From contig OZ316898.1 of assembly GCA_973895155.1 (NCBI GenBank), positions 18,115,292 to 18,179,291 on the forward strand: DNA of 64,000 nt. Reading direction: 5' to 3'. The notes beneath the pieces are model-generated. The model did not search any database. It had not been told where the DNA came from and saw only the letters and a program-made list of their open reading frames with translations. The position numbers and the translations under genes were made by a program. Origin of the DNA: Marsupella aquatica (Eukaryota > Plantae > Marchantiophyta). Shown here one piece after another: positions 27,228 to 39,619 of this stretch (position 1 is the stretch's first letter; each line of letters starts with the position of its first letter).

Positions 27228-27519
27228 CCGTGTATTTTTTAAATGCAAATTTTAGCCAAATTCCACCTCCCCAAAAAACTTTTGTCACTTTTGGTTAATA
27301 TTGGCTACATTTTTTTGACACCATTAGCCACTCTTCCACCAAATCATGAACCCCATTAGCCAGAATCTGCCGGTCCTCCTTAAATCTAGGGATATCTGAC
27401 TATCATAATTTAATTCAATAAAATCTGATAGAGAATATTCCTAGAATCTACTCCCTTAGAAAAGCAAACATTAGCCACACTACTGGCTAAAAATTAAAAA
27501 AACCTTCAAAAATACACTG
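27228..27519. mobile_element. AT-rich MITE with hAT-like C(A/C)GTGTATTTTT termini
   Basis: Left CCGTGTATTTTT..ATTTTAGCCA and right TGGCTAAAAAT..AAAAATACACTG are inverted. Internal TTAGCCA subterminal repeats. No TSD seen. Confidence 0.65.
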
Positions 27520-27559
27520 GTTAATTACGTATATGTTTATGGTCTCTAGATGCTCCTTA

Positions 27560-29338
27560 ATGGAGTATTTGGACGACCGTATGCCTACCCGCGGGATTCC
27601 ATCTTCGTATTTGGACGACCGTATGCAATCCCAGTGCTGCGGTTGACCAGTGGGCTACTAATCGTCTCAATAAATATCGTGAGTTTAAGGGACTGAGCAC
27701 AACCATTGGATTCAAAGAGCTCCCTGGTAAGGATTGTGTAAAGCTTTTGATGAAATTTTTCGAGCAAGTCTGCAAGAAGAACGGTAGTCTGTATCCATCA
27801 CAGACACTGATGGGGCTCTACCGAGCATTTCACCGCATTCTCAGGAAGCAAGAGAAGAGAGTCATTGAGTCAGGTAACGAGGAGCCTATTTTTGATATGC
27901 GGTCGTCCCCTCTTTTCAAACCTGTTGCTATTGCTTGTGTATTGGCTATGGAGCGATGAAAGAAAGCTAGAGCTAATGTTCCAAGGAAGAAGGCTTCTGT
28001 GATAACATTTGCAGATGAGGCTACCATACTAGCTCATCCGAGTACATCAATCTCACACTCAAGAGGGATGCAGTGAAGGGCGGTATTCTTTTTGCTCAAT
28101 CGTTTTTGCATCTGTGGCGGCAAGGAACTGTACAGTCTGATGAAATCTGATTTTGAGTTTGGAGCTGACGTCCATGGTAGATTTGTTAAGTATGATGAGA
28201 GGCTTAGCAAAAACTACCAGGTCAGTATGGACCGATACCAAGAGGAACACTTTAGACCTGTTGTTATTAACTATGATGCTGATGTTATTGAAACATTGAG
28301 AGAGCTGATCAGTCACCTACCAGCTACTGCCACATTTCTCTTCTATCAATGTATTGACCATCCCAGAACACATGCCTGGTTCTCCACATTGAGGCTTGGT
28401 GAGCGAACTCTTGGCACTTGTCTTAAAGTGATGCATCAAGAGGCTGGCCTCGATACTAGTGGTGTCTCCAATAAGACAGGACGAACAACATGTATCTCAA
28501 GAATGGGTGTAGAGGGCGTTCCTCCGAAGGTCGGCATGAAGATCTCAGGCCATAAGAGCGAAGGCGCATACGAACGATACGACCGCAGTGCTGATGATCA
28601 AGTTCGTGTTGCACTGAGGTGTGCTACCGAGGGCACTCCTTACTTGGCTACAATGACTGAAGAGACAGAGAAGGGTAAGAAACGTCTGATTGAAGGTGGT
28701 ATGGGGAAGGAAGTCGGTCCAGATGTTCCCATCATGGAGCAACAACCAGTTACGAAGACAATGGTGATTCCAGAAGAAGGTAACTTGTTTATTGTTTGTG
28801 TTGTTTGCAAGCTCATTATTCTTGGAATATCTTTCTGACTGTTTATTTCCATTTGCAGTTGCTGAGTCCACTACACAGTCAACCTTACCTGCTGCCATGG
28901 ACTTTGTGTCGAACATTCTTGCTGAACCAAGCACTGAACAAGTCCAGGTGGTCAAGGAGCTGGCACCTGGTGAGGGTGAAGTGGTCATGGAAGATGTCAG
29001 CAATGAGAATCAAATGACCAACCCGGTGCTGGAGGCATTATTGAAACCTGATGCTCAGATGCGTTTTCAGTAGGAGACTCGTTTTACTGACTTCGATTGC
29101 TTTTTGAATACTCTCGACTGGGATGCCTTAAAGCTCTGACCCGAGGTTTAAGGGTATAGCAGCAGCGCCCAATGTGACAATCCTGAATCCAGTTAACATG
29201 ATTTTTGATAGCGTGAAAGCCATGACCAACTGCACCATGAATGGCTATACTTTCAGCCTAAATTTTGGCCCACACGGAGGAGGAGGACCTGGAGGAGGAG
29301 GACCTGGAGGGGGGCCATTTGGATCTCCATTCACCTAA
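27560..29338 (+). pseudogene. DUF3504/CryptonA-type tyrosine recombinase pseudogene with a spliceosomal intron
   Basis: One frame from ~27636 to 28779: QWATNRLNKYR..LMKFFEQVCKKNGSLYPSQTLMGLYRAFHRIL..FC-I(C)GGKEL..YDERLSKNYQ..WFSTLRLGERTL..AGLD..SNKTGRTTCISRM..GMKISGHKSEGAYERY. In-frame TGAs at 27957 and 28074. GT-AG intron 28780-28858 is in phase. The C-terminal MTNCTMNGYTF and a Gly-rich tail follow further stops and a frameshift. Confidence 0.85.
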
Positions 29339-29917
29339 GCAACCAGGATCCAGTGATTGGAATGTAATAGCCTGTGAGACACCATAGATTACGTTACATT
29401 ATGTACATTACAGAGTAGATATATTACAGATTTTAGTTTCATAGAATCATAACATACGCATATTACATAGTAGAATTGTATTCTGACTGAACCATAGCCT
29501 ACGGACATTGTCTTCTAGGCGTTCACGTACTATAGACACATACCATGCATATCATTCATTTAGACTCTCATGAGTCATTGAAATGTAATTTATGTTTACA
29601 ACTACCAATAAAGTTTCACCCCTACTGTGGGATTTCTCTTTACTTTCAAAATTTTCTGATTTCAAATTTTGCCAGCTGGATTTCATAAACCTATCGTGTA
29701 CAAATATTCTTGCAAAATACAAATACCTGCGTACAAATATGGTGAACAATTATTAAATATAAAACATGCCCATGTGGCATGAACTGGTTGGCCAGGAGCG
29801 ATAAACATTACCCCACGATCCTTAACGAGTGTGCAGCAGAGGGAAGATTACGGGAATGGAGGGTACCGACGGGAAACTGTACCCACTGGTAAGGTAAACA
29901 GTAACCCTAAAAGTTAC

Positions 29918-30900
29918 GTGGTGGACGTTCTGCTGGTGGAGCGCCACAAGCAAGGACGCTTTCTATGGGGATGCCTTCGTTTTGTTTGGGGCTCCAACAC
30001 AGGTGGATTTTGCCCTGCAGAGGAACAGGCTGAAGATTGGTCGTCGTTACATTGAAGTCTTTCCGCTCCAGGAAACATGACTGCTACCAGGCAGTGGCAG
30101 CTAACGTCGCAGAACAAAACCAGGATGACATAGGAGGACGACGGATGTGCAGCCCTCCCAGGCAAGCGACCCATCTCTGAAAAGGATCGCGTAGAGCACA
30201 CTGGGGTTTTGAAGCTCCGTGGCCTCCCCTTTTCTGCCTCCAAGCGTGACATCATCGACTTCTTCAGGGAGTATGGGGAGCTGACAGAGGACAACGCCCA
30301 CATCATGACCCTAGCGAATGGTCGAGCTTCTGGAGACGCATTTGTGGAGTTCGCCACTGCCTCGGAGGCCAAGTCAGCAATGAACAAAGGCAAGATGATT
30401 CTAGGAACTCGCTATGTTGATCTGTTCCCCTCTTCACGAGAAGACGCTACCACTCGAGCTGCCTCCAGAGCGAGATAATTCCTGATCCTGAATGGTGGAC
30501 TGCCATGTGACAGACTGACGGGTTAAGAGCTCAATAGAGAGGTAGAAGATAAGAAGACGAGAGGGAAGGAGTGGAGAGCGCGAGATAATTGTTCACGAAA
30601 TTTGGTTTGTCCCCTCCTCCAGAGACAGATAGAGAATGCGAACGGGAGTGAGGAATCAGAGAGAACGAGAAAGCGAAAGTGAAAGAGGAAGCGAAAGAGA
30701 AACAGAAAGAAGCGATACGAGCAAGGGGAGATATTTCCTAAGTCTGCTGTAGAACCCCACCTCCTCATCCCCAACGGATAGATGTGACCAACAGAAAGGA
30801 TGGAACCAGAGAGGCGGTTTTACTGCGATGTAATTTAGCCTCAACGCAGGTGGGAGAGATTTTAATTGATTCCATTATCCTCTGCGTCCACACAGACCGT
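29918..30900 (+). pseudogene. 5'-truncated duplicate of the hnRNP H/F-like gene (3' two-thirds of CDS plus 3' UTR)
   Basis: Highly similar to 31971-32951. A 1-bp insertion (GTCTTTCCG versus GTCTTCCG, ~30060) shifts the frame. Lacks the start codon and the start of qRRM1. Confidence 0.92.
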
Positions 30901-31509
30901 CGACCCTCCCTCGAGATGCATATGAACGAAACGGCCCTTTCTCTTCTGGCTCTGTGATTCGGTGACCATTTTCTTGCGTGACTCGTCTGTCTGTTAGGGT
31001 TTCTGTTACTTGGCGATTCTGTATCGTAACTCCGCTTGCTTTGGTTGGTTGGCTACATAGTTGGCTCGTTGGTTATGGCTTGTTTGTGTTGATATGTCTG
31101 ACTTGGATGAATCAGTCTTCCTGGCGAGGTGGGGTCGGTTGAGCTGAGTCGAGTAAGGGGAGTTGTCTGGGGCTCTGGGGGTTGGAGGTTTGCTACGAAC
31201 GAAGGTGTTATTCATTCTGTGCAATTGCACTATTGCAGGCGAAAAATCGCTGAAGCGGTTGGAGAAATGCGGTTGCGCATGATGGGAGGCTGTAGAGTGG
31301 TGGCATTTTGGGTGCGGTGAATGCTCTCTAGGAGGGAAAGAAAGAGGGAAAGGTCCTGTTGCCGGTGCAGGTGCTGGCGAGGAGGATTGGGAGAGTAGAG
31401 GGAGGGGCATTTCGTGGGGTGTGGTGCGTAGAAACAGCCGCCACCTTGGCTGGGCTTGGGTTCATAGGAATCCTTTTGTGGTGGTGGGTGGCATCGTCGG
31501 CAGGCATTC

Positions 31510-32528
31510 ATGATGTACTCCAGGGGGTAAGTGAATTAACCCGAGCTCACTAGACATAACTGAATGAACCATAATTTCCAAATTCTATGGACACGGGAAC
31601 GGAACAGTAACTGTATGCAAGACGAGGAGTTGTTGGTTTAGGAGTGGTGGTAGGAGATGAAATCCGTATTGACGAGGTCGGAGGGTGGTGGGCTGGAATG
31701 TCTGTTTGAAGGAATGGTTTCGACAGCGTGATAGATGATGGCTACGAGGTGGGAGTTAAGAGGCCACGATCAATGGATCGAGGGCCTGGGGGCCCCTGGG
31801 CAGCCCTTATCCCACGAGCCTCCCAGCAGCAGCTCATAGGGGGTTATGGAAGTAGCCAAAATGCCATTCTGGCCGCCCGGCAACCACGTTCTTTCCCGGT
31901 TGTAAGGTTGCGAGGGCTGCCCTTTAATTCAACTGAGGGTGATGTCTGTGAGTTCTTTGCTGGGTTGGATGTGGTGGACGTTCTGCTGGTGGAGCGCAAC
32001 AAGCAAGGACGCTTCTCTGGGGATGCCTTCGTGGTGTTTGGGGCTCCAACACAGGTGGATTTTGCCCTGCAGAGGAACAGGCTGAAGATTGGTCGTCGTT
32101 ACATTGAAGTCTTCCGCTCCAGGAAGCATGACTACTACCAGGCAGTGGCAGCCAACGTCGCAGAACAAAACCAGGATGACATAGGAGGAAGACGGATGTC
32201 CAGCCCTCCCGGCAAGCGACCCATCTCTGAGAAGGATCGCGTAGAGCACACTGGGGTTTTGAAACTCCGTGGCCTCCCCTTTTCTGCCTCCAAGCGTGAC
32301 ATCATCGACTTCTTCAGGGAGTATGGGGAGCTGACAGAGGACAACGTCCACATCATGACCCTAGCGAATGGTCGAGCTTCTGGAGAAGCATTTGTGGAGT
32401 TCGCCACTGCCTCGGAGGCCAAGTCAGCAATGAACAAAGACAAGATGATTCTAGGAACTCGCTATGTTGATCTGTTCCCCTCTTCACGAGAAGAGGCTAC
32501 CACTCGAGCTGCCTCCAGAGCGAGATAA
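31510..32528 (+). CDS. hnRNP H/F (ESRP-like) RNA-binding protein with two quasi-RRMs
   Basis: Exon 1 is 31510-31526 (MMYSRG, donor GTAAGT); exon 2 is 31727-32528. Motifs DGYEVGVKRPR, FPVVRLRGLPF..RRYIEVFRS and GVLKLRGLPF..GEAFVEF..LGTRYVDLFPSS. Confidence 0.93.
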
Positions 32529-35500
32529 TTCCTGATCCTGAATGGTGGACTGCCATGTGACAGACTGACGGGTTAAGAGCTCAATAGAAGAGGTAGAAGA
32601 TAAGAGGACGAGAGGGAAGGAGTGGAGAGCGCGAGATAATTGTTCACGAAATTTCGTTTGTCCCCTGCCCCAGAGACAGGTAGAGAAGGCGAACGGGAGT
32701 GAGGAATCAGAGAGAAAGAGAAAGCGAAAGTGAAAGAGGAAGCGAAAGAGAAACAGAAAGAAGCGATACGAGCAAGGGGAGATATTTCCTAAGTCTGCTG
32801 TAGAACCCCGCCTCCTCATCCCCAACGGATAGATGTGACCAACAGAAAGGATGGAACCAGAGAGGCGGTTTTACTGCGATGTAATTTAGCCTCAACGCAG
32901 GTGGGAGAGATTTTAATTTATTCCATTATCCTCTGCGTCCACACAGACCGTGCGAGATTCTATGGATTTGACTGTATGTGCACAAAGGAGGATCAATATG
33001 CAGCATTTGTTGTATGTAGTCTTTGGACCACAGATCCGTGCCTGGGATGGATGTACAAGACTCAAACCAGGGAGGACCAGAGAGAGTGCAGTTGAGGAAG
33101 TACGCAATGCAGCCAATGATCCGTTCATTCGGACTGCAATTCCAGAGTGAAAACATGGGTCACATTGTTAGAACACATTAGTAATGATTTGGGAAACCAA
33201 TAGCCAACCGTTATGTAGATTCCTTTCTTTGTCCGTGAAAAAGGTCCAGGGTTTGGCCTGGATGAGATGAGAAAGTAAAACAAGAACAGATTGAATCAGG
33301 GCTTCTGGTGTCGATCAATTCATTTTGATTTCTGATTGGTTTTGGGTCTTTAGTACTGCTGTCATGCTTGTGGGAACAAGTGACTCAAAGGTTCTTCATG
33401 TGTTTGTGACATCCCCACGTTAACCCTCCTTTCAAAGAACCAGAGCAATTGATGTTTCTCAGGATCAATTCGCTACCATGTTTCTTATTGACCTGGGCTC
33501 ATTGGGGAAGATATGTATTCTGACTCCCTGACCTTTGGTCCTTACCTTGCACATTGGCAACCTTATGACTCCCATCTACGCTCATTCCTGATGCTGAGAT
33601 TTGACAATAAGTTGGCAGCTTTTGAGCGTTCTCATCGGAAATGGAGTTCGTAGCTCCAGCTGTGACACCATAGGTCTACTTCGATTCACCTTTTCGTCCA
33701 GTGAGATGATGTGCACCCCACGTCAGGTAATTAGTTTCAAGTACTGGAATTTTCACCTCCTGAGCATAGGAAATTGTAGAAAACATATGCCAACCACTGC
33801 TATTACGACTGTCCTGGTTTTATGTTCTTATGACATCTAATACAAAACAAAACTCGATGAGGGCCTGAACTGCCTAGCTAGCTGAGTTGGGATGTCCTAT
33901 AATAGTTGGGTTTAGGGTTTAGTTGGGTCCTGTTACAATCTAAACCGAAGGTTCTTTAAATTCTTCAGTGGGGACATGATCTACTCATTCTCTCTTCTTT
34001 GTCACGATTGTAATTGAGACTTCTTCTAAGTCCTTCGGTGGGTAAACAAGTTGTCCACCTCATTTTTCTACAAATGCCCTCCCATCGTCAACAAAACAAC
34101 TCAAATGATTGGCAACCACCAGTAACGACATAGCACTCATTTGTAATTCGATGTAGTTTTCACATGCGTCGAGGGATTGTGAACCGGAGCTCACCTGAAG
34201 TAAGATCAAAGTCTCCACCATAAATTCAGCTCAACTTTATTATCATAAATCGTAAATATCAGCTGCAACCCCACTGGGAATAGAACAGTTGATTGCAGAT
34301 GATGGGAGGTGTTCGAGAGGCCTCCAAGGACCTTGTCTGAATTTCAAGACTGTGAACCTTGTAAAATACTGTTGTAGATTGGTTCACTTGTGCTGCAACA
34401 TGTTGACTAAGACTTTTCTATTTTTTTATGAATAGAATTTTGGCTTGCTCCTTGTTCTTTTGAATGAATGGGGAAACAGGTGGACACAGGAACCCTAGTA
34501 GCAGTTTTCAAGACACTACGGTTGCTGTACATGCAGAAATTTTAATTCCTCCGAAGAGTTTTGGAGTTATCTGAAGTTTCCTGAGAAAGACAGTTCCCTA
34601 AGAAAGACGATCTACAGATAACGGTTTGATTTTGCGATCAGCAAAATTCTACGATTAGGTGACAGCAAACTGGGGATCAAATTCTGGCCGTCATTTGGAT
34701 TTTGGCTACCATCTGATCTAGCCCTAGGATGACAATTCCTCCCTCGTTTTCTAGAAACAGGAGAGGTTCTCAATTTCCATTTCGAGTTGGTGGTATACTG
34801 AACAAACGATGGAGGTTAGAATTGGCGTTTGGGAAAAAGTTCAAAAATCTGGGTACATTTCTCTCCCAGGCTCCAAAAGGTCATCTTACTGAAACCATAT
34901 AGAAGTTGATGAAGGCCTTTTCTGACCCCCAAGAATGCTTCCATTTCTACGCTTACGATGAATTGAAATCACCATTTAATTTTCCTCAAATTAGAATATA
35001 ATCTACAGTAGTCTCTTTTATAGTCGGCGGTCTTCTCCTTGGATGACTGGCCACATTCATTGAAAACACTTCATGCAAGTAAGTGGCGAGGAGCTTCAAA
35101 AGTATCCTGTCGAGCTCAATTTTACACAATTCGTGCATTCAGAACAGCCAGAAGCTTCGAACCTCATACTTAACGTACAATCTAGATTCATGTAAGGCAC
35201 TTCATGCAATAACAGGTCAAGCAACTTCAGACCGTCATTGAACATCTCTGGTGGGAAGGGACTCAATGCGATTTCGTTAGCGAGTAGCTTCACACTCTGA
35301 TATCAGACGAATGATCGAGATTCACTGAAGAAAATTCAGGCAAAGTAACGCAAGAGTTTCAAGTAGCCTGCCTGGTGTATGACTCCACTTAGAAGCCTCA
35401 GAGGTCCGTATTGTCCCGTCTCTACACTCATGCAAAAAAGCGTTCAGGTGTCTCCTTGATTTGAGATCGCCACCGTTATGCAGTGGAGATCCCCTTATTT

Positions 35501-38500
35501 GGGAAAACTATCTCCAGTATGTCAAGGAATGAGGAATTTGACCAACTTGTTTCAGGATCAGCTACCTTACATGGGGTTATGGGGTTAACGGAACCCCACT
35601 ATGGACATGCATTCCATCATCCAATCTATCCCCGTCTGTTACTTGATTGTTCCCTGTTCAACCGAAATTGGAATACAACAGTAGATCAGGGTAACAGAAT
35701 TGAAGCAAACTTGACGGTACTGTATGTTGAGTCTGCAGTAAACGTCGTCTCAGTGCTGCCCAAGTTTGTCAACCCAACTTCCTATTGGACCCAAACACGA
35801 ACACACAACAGTACATTTGGAGTGTAAAGTGGACCACGGCAATGTTGGAGGAAAGTTGATGGCCGATCAAGTCAATAAAATAAAATTCACAGTTATACGT
35901 CAGAGCATGGAAATCAGAATAGCCTTCAGATACGTCATTTTTTAAAACTCATTTTGGGTCTACCATTCTATTGCATAATGTGAAGTTTCCGACATGCAGT
36001 GAAAGTTAGGAGATATTAATTCCTCTCCACCGCCTTGGGCTACAATCTCAAAAAGCAGTTTGCACATTGTTCGAAGGTAGTGTTGACAGCAATCAATTCT
36101 CAAATGTTGTTCTCGCCATGTCCGTTTGATTAGATTGGCCTCCTGCTAGATCGTCATGAAGGCTAGACTCCTGCTACATTTGAGATGGGTCCATTTTGTA
36201 CATCGAAATAAAACGACTGTAGCTGCTCTTTATCTGTGGCTTCTTGTTCAAGTTGCAAAGTTGACATGTGGCGTCAAATATCTCCTGGCGTTTGAATTCA
36301 CTTCGAGTTTACTAACGAGAACTGTGAATCTCCTCTGTCTATCTGAAGAAAAGCAATAACACCTGATCATTGACGCCTCCAGGAATCACAATTATTTGGA
36401 CCGAAAGGTAGGTTACGAATGATCCAGAGCCCATTCCTTCAGGAGGTCCCATGTCTTCTGGAGACCCCACCAAGCAGATACTTTCGAGATTTTTAGCAAC
36501 CCATATAATTGAGCTGGGGACATTTCGGTAAAACTTACCTCTCGTTTTCTCTTCTTGAACGGCCCTCAGAACGGTCTGCCTTTTTCTTGAACAGTAACGT
36601 TTCTGATGGTTCATTTTAAGAACCTCCCATAAATTTAGAAGATAATTCGTGTGACACTATACATAAACTTAACATGAACAAAACGATGGAGTCTTAATCT
36701 TCAACTAATTTTTGGGTTTGTAGATCCTAAGTGCACTGTGTTACTTGTGGGACCATTTCACCCTTTTTAATTTTAACATAAGGTGACAGTGAACCCAAAT
36801 GAATTCTACCGAGCCGAGGCCCTTTTTTATTTTAACAGCAAAGTGACAGTACACCCAATGAATTCTACTGAGCCGACGCAGGCCAGCGTGGCACAGCGAA
36901 AAACAGGCCCAAAGGACCATAACACAAGTTATGAGCACTGCAGCATCAGGAACTGTCCATAAGGATGCTAGTAAATCGAAGCCAAATAAAGTATATGGGT
37001 AGGGAAATATTTAAAGAGAAATACGGGGATAGGGGTCAATTGAAAAGGGGGCTAAAAAGAGGACCTATTAACAAATTGTTGGGCATAATCAAATACAAAT
37101 CCACAGAAAACACAAAGAACGGTCTCCATAAGGAACATTTCAACTTTAACAAGTGTCACTGAAAAAATAGCAGCTAGAGAGCAGGTCATAAGGGATTCTC
37201 TACATGGGTCTTTGTTTAACCTTGTCAGGCATCACTGAGGTTTTAAGTCATGCCACTTGGTTTCTCCACACACATTTCAGAATGATGATAGTTTTGATCA
37301 GGAGGTCAATGAAGCAAATCGGCCTCCACCTCACACCAAAGATGTAAGGGGGAGGATATTCTGTTCCTATCTTTTTGACATTGGAGAGTTTGTAGAAAGT
37401 TGTTATGCCTGTTACTTCCCCATCGCTGAGTACCTTTTGGGGGAAGCAACAAAGATGATGACAAGGAAAATGTCCTATATTAGTGAGTCCCCACCAACAA
37501 TAATTGATGGATAGGGACAAAGAAGGCAATCCCTTAGTATGGAGGTTGATTTTCATCTTTTGTTGCCCCATTATTATTTCTTTCCCAACCTCAAATCTGG
37601 AAGGGATTTCACAGTTCAATCCTCCACGTGGGATGCTGAATACTTTGTGGTCCACGAGGCATGTTTTAGATAGGTCAAGTCACGCGTTGTTAGACCATAG
37701 AATGATGTGTGCCACAGAAAAGGTTAGTGGACTTACTCCAAGTGCAAACCCTGGATACCAGCAAGGTATCCCTTCTTCCACTTTTTCTTCACCATCTTGC
37801 ACTTTGCTGCACCTTTTGTAAATGCAACAAGGGTTCCACTAAACTGCAATATATAAGTACGAATCCTTTATACAAGTTTTTGCACACTTGTGGGTAAGCG
37901 CTCAATTTCTTCTACTACCCTTGTTGATAAGTGAAAGTCATTTTACTTAGAGTAAAGTAAACTTTGCACTTTTGAGGATCATGCTTAGGGCAGGGATGTA
38001 CAGCTTAAAAGGGAAGTCACAAGAATGCTGAGTGACAGAGGGCCCATTCCATGGGAAGGCCCGACCATCATCAATAAATGCAAATATCAGCTTATGATAT
38101 AGTGCAAGCCCCACTTTAGTGCACACCCAGAGGCCAAGTCCAAGGAATCCGCACTTAGATCTGACTCTACTCATGTCAAGGACATTGTTGAACCTTTCTG
38201 GCAAGTGCACATAAAAAAGCAAGAGCACACTGTGTATTTGCCTGGGACGGTGCCATGTGGCATGTGCCACACATGAACTTTTCATACCACATAATTATTC
38301 ATAAACTTTTCATAAACCCTATTGTTCATTTTATATTATAATATAACTAGGTACTCCATAGACTAGGCTGCTCCATTTTTATGTGCAGGTTATCTAGACG
38401 CATTGTTGAGGGTCTAGTTGCTCACAAAATGCTGCCAATGACTTGTACTCCACCTTTCCCCATTGTTGGATGCTCCCTTTCTCTTTCTTTGCCCCATTAA

Positions 38501-39261
38501 TGAGAACCAACTGCAAAAGGTGAAAATCACTTACAAGGCACAGAAGGCACAGTTCAATCTTATTTTTAAACATTTCTAGCCGGTGTGGCTATTGTGAGTC
38601 TCTATGAAGGAGGAGATGCTAGGAATGTTTTTTTTTCAAGGGGAAATCTGTGCAACCCCACAGCAAGGAGCACTAGGTCACAACATTTGAACCCAAGACC
38701 TTCAGTCTCCACTCAAGTGAGCTAAGCCTCTCTGGACATGCTAGGAATATTTTTAATTTATTTTTCCTGAAATATTTTGTGACAGTCAGAAATACCTAGA
38801 TTTGTGGACAACCCTTGGATTCTGGCAAAACGGGTCCATGATCTGGTAAAAAACTGGCAAATGTATGCAAAGAATCTAGCAAGTTCTTGCCAAATGGTGA
38901 ACACTTTTTGGAGAGGTACAATTTGGCAAAAATTTGAACCTATAAAATATGCTGCAGGTCCAGTCCATCCCCACTCGTGGAGAAATGACCCTGGGCCCTC
39001 ACTAAGGGAAATGTAATGAGATATACCTGTCACCAAAGCCTCCCAAGGTACCCCTTGTTATATTTTGGAGGAACATTTAAACTTATCTTGTTCGTTCTAA
39101 AAAGAAATTTCAGTCCTATATAAAATCCTCCTAGGTTATTATAATCTTTGATATTTTAGGATTTAAATACCCTTCATTTGTTATAAAAAAAAAAGGTTTA
39201 GAGGATGCATATAAGCATCTTCTTCACATGGGGCCATCCATTTCTAGGGCAACCTCCCATT

Positions 39262-39619
39262 TGTTAGATATTGCTCTAGTCTTGTGACTCATGAGCTAAC
39301 CACACTTAGTATAACTCGGGTTAGGACTTAGCTAAAGTTAGCGGTGGTGCTGTTGTGCATATAGCCAGGGCTGATGCCAGACCCTGGTGGAACTTAGGCT
39401 CATTGTTACGGAGCTAGTTGAGAGATAGAGAGAGCTTGTGCTGTGGATGTTTGATATGGTCGGTCGGCCTAGAGTGCAGTAAAGCTCTTGTGTGTTTCCG
39501 TGGATGTAGCCTCATGTGGAGGTGAACCACGTATCTCTTTGTGTCGACTATTGTGCGTTGGATGGTTCATGGGCTTGCCCTTGCGAATGTCGTCTATGCT
39601 CAACAAGTGGTATCAGAGC
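39262..39619 (+). mobile_element. 5' LTR (~344 bp) plus tRNA-iMet PBS of an LTR retrotransposon (probably Copia-type); rest degraded
   Basis: TGTTAG...CAACA termini (39262-39605), a 2-nt spacer, then the canonical TGGTATCAGAGC at 39608-39619. No gag/pol or 3' LTR recognised. Confidence 0.8.

Noticed and set aside
23254-29338. DIRS/Ngaro retrotransposon
   Set aside because: A YR is present, but no RT/RNase H, ITR/ICR or split direct repeats were found.
34400-36620. Possible decayed MULE transposase on the minus strand (FTADSTYSTVKF..GVPL)
   Set aside because: Many stops and frameshifts, no TIRs, and motifs too weak to call without an HMM search.
37200-37950. Possible retrotransposon pol remnant
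   Set aside because: No diagnostic RT, RNase H or integrase motif could be read.
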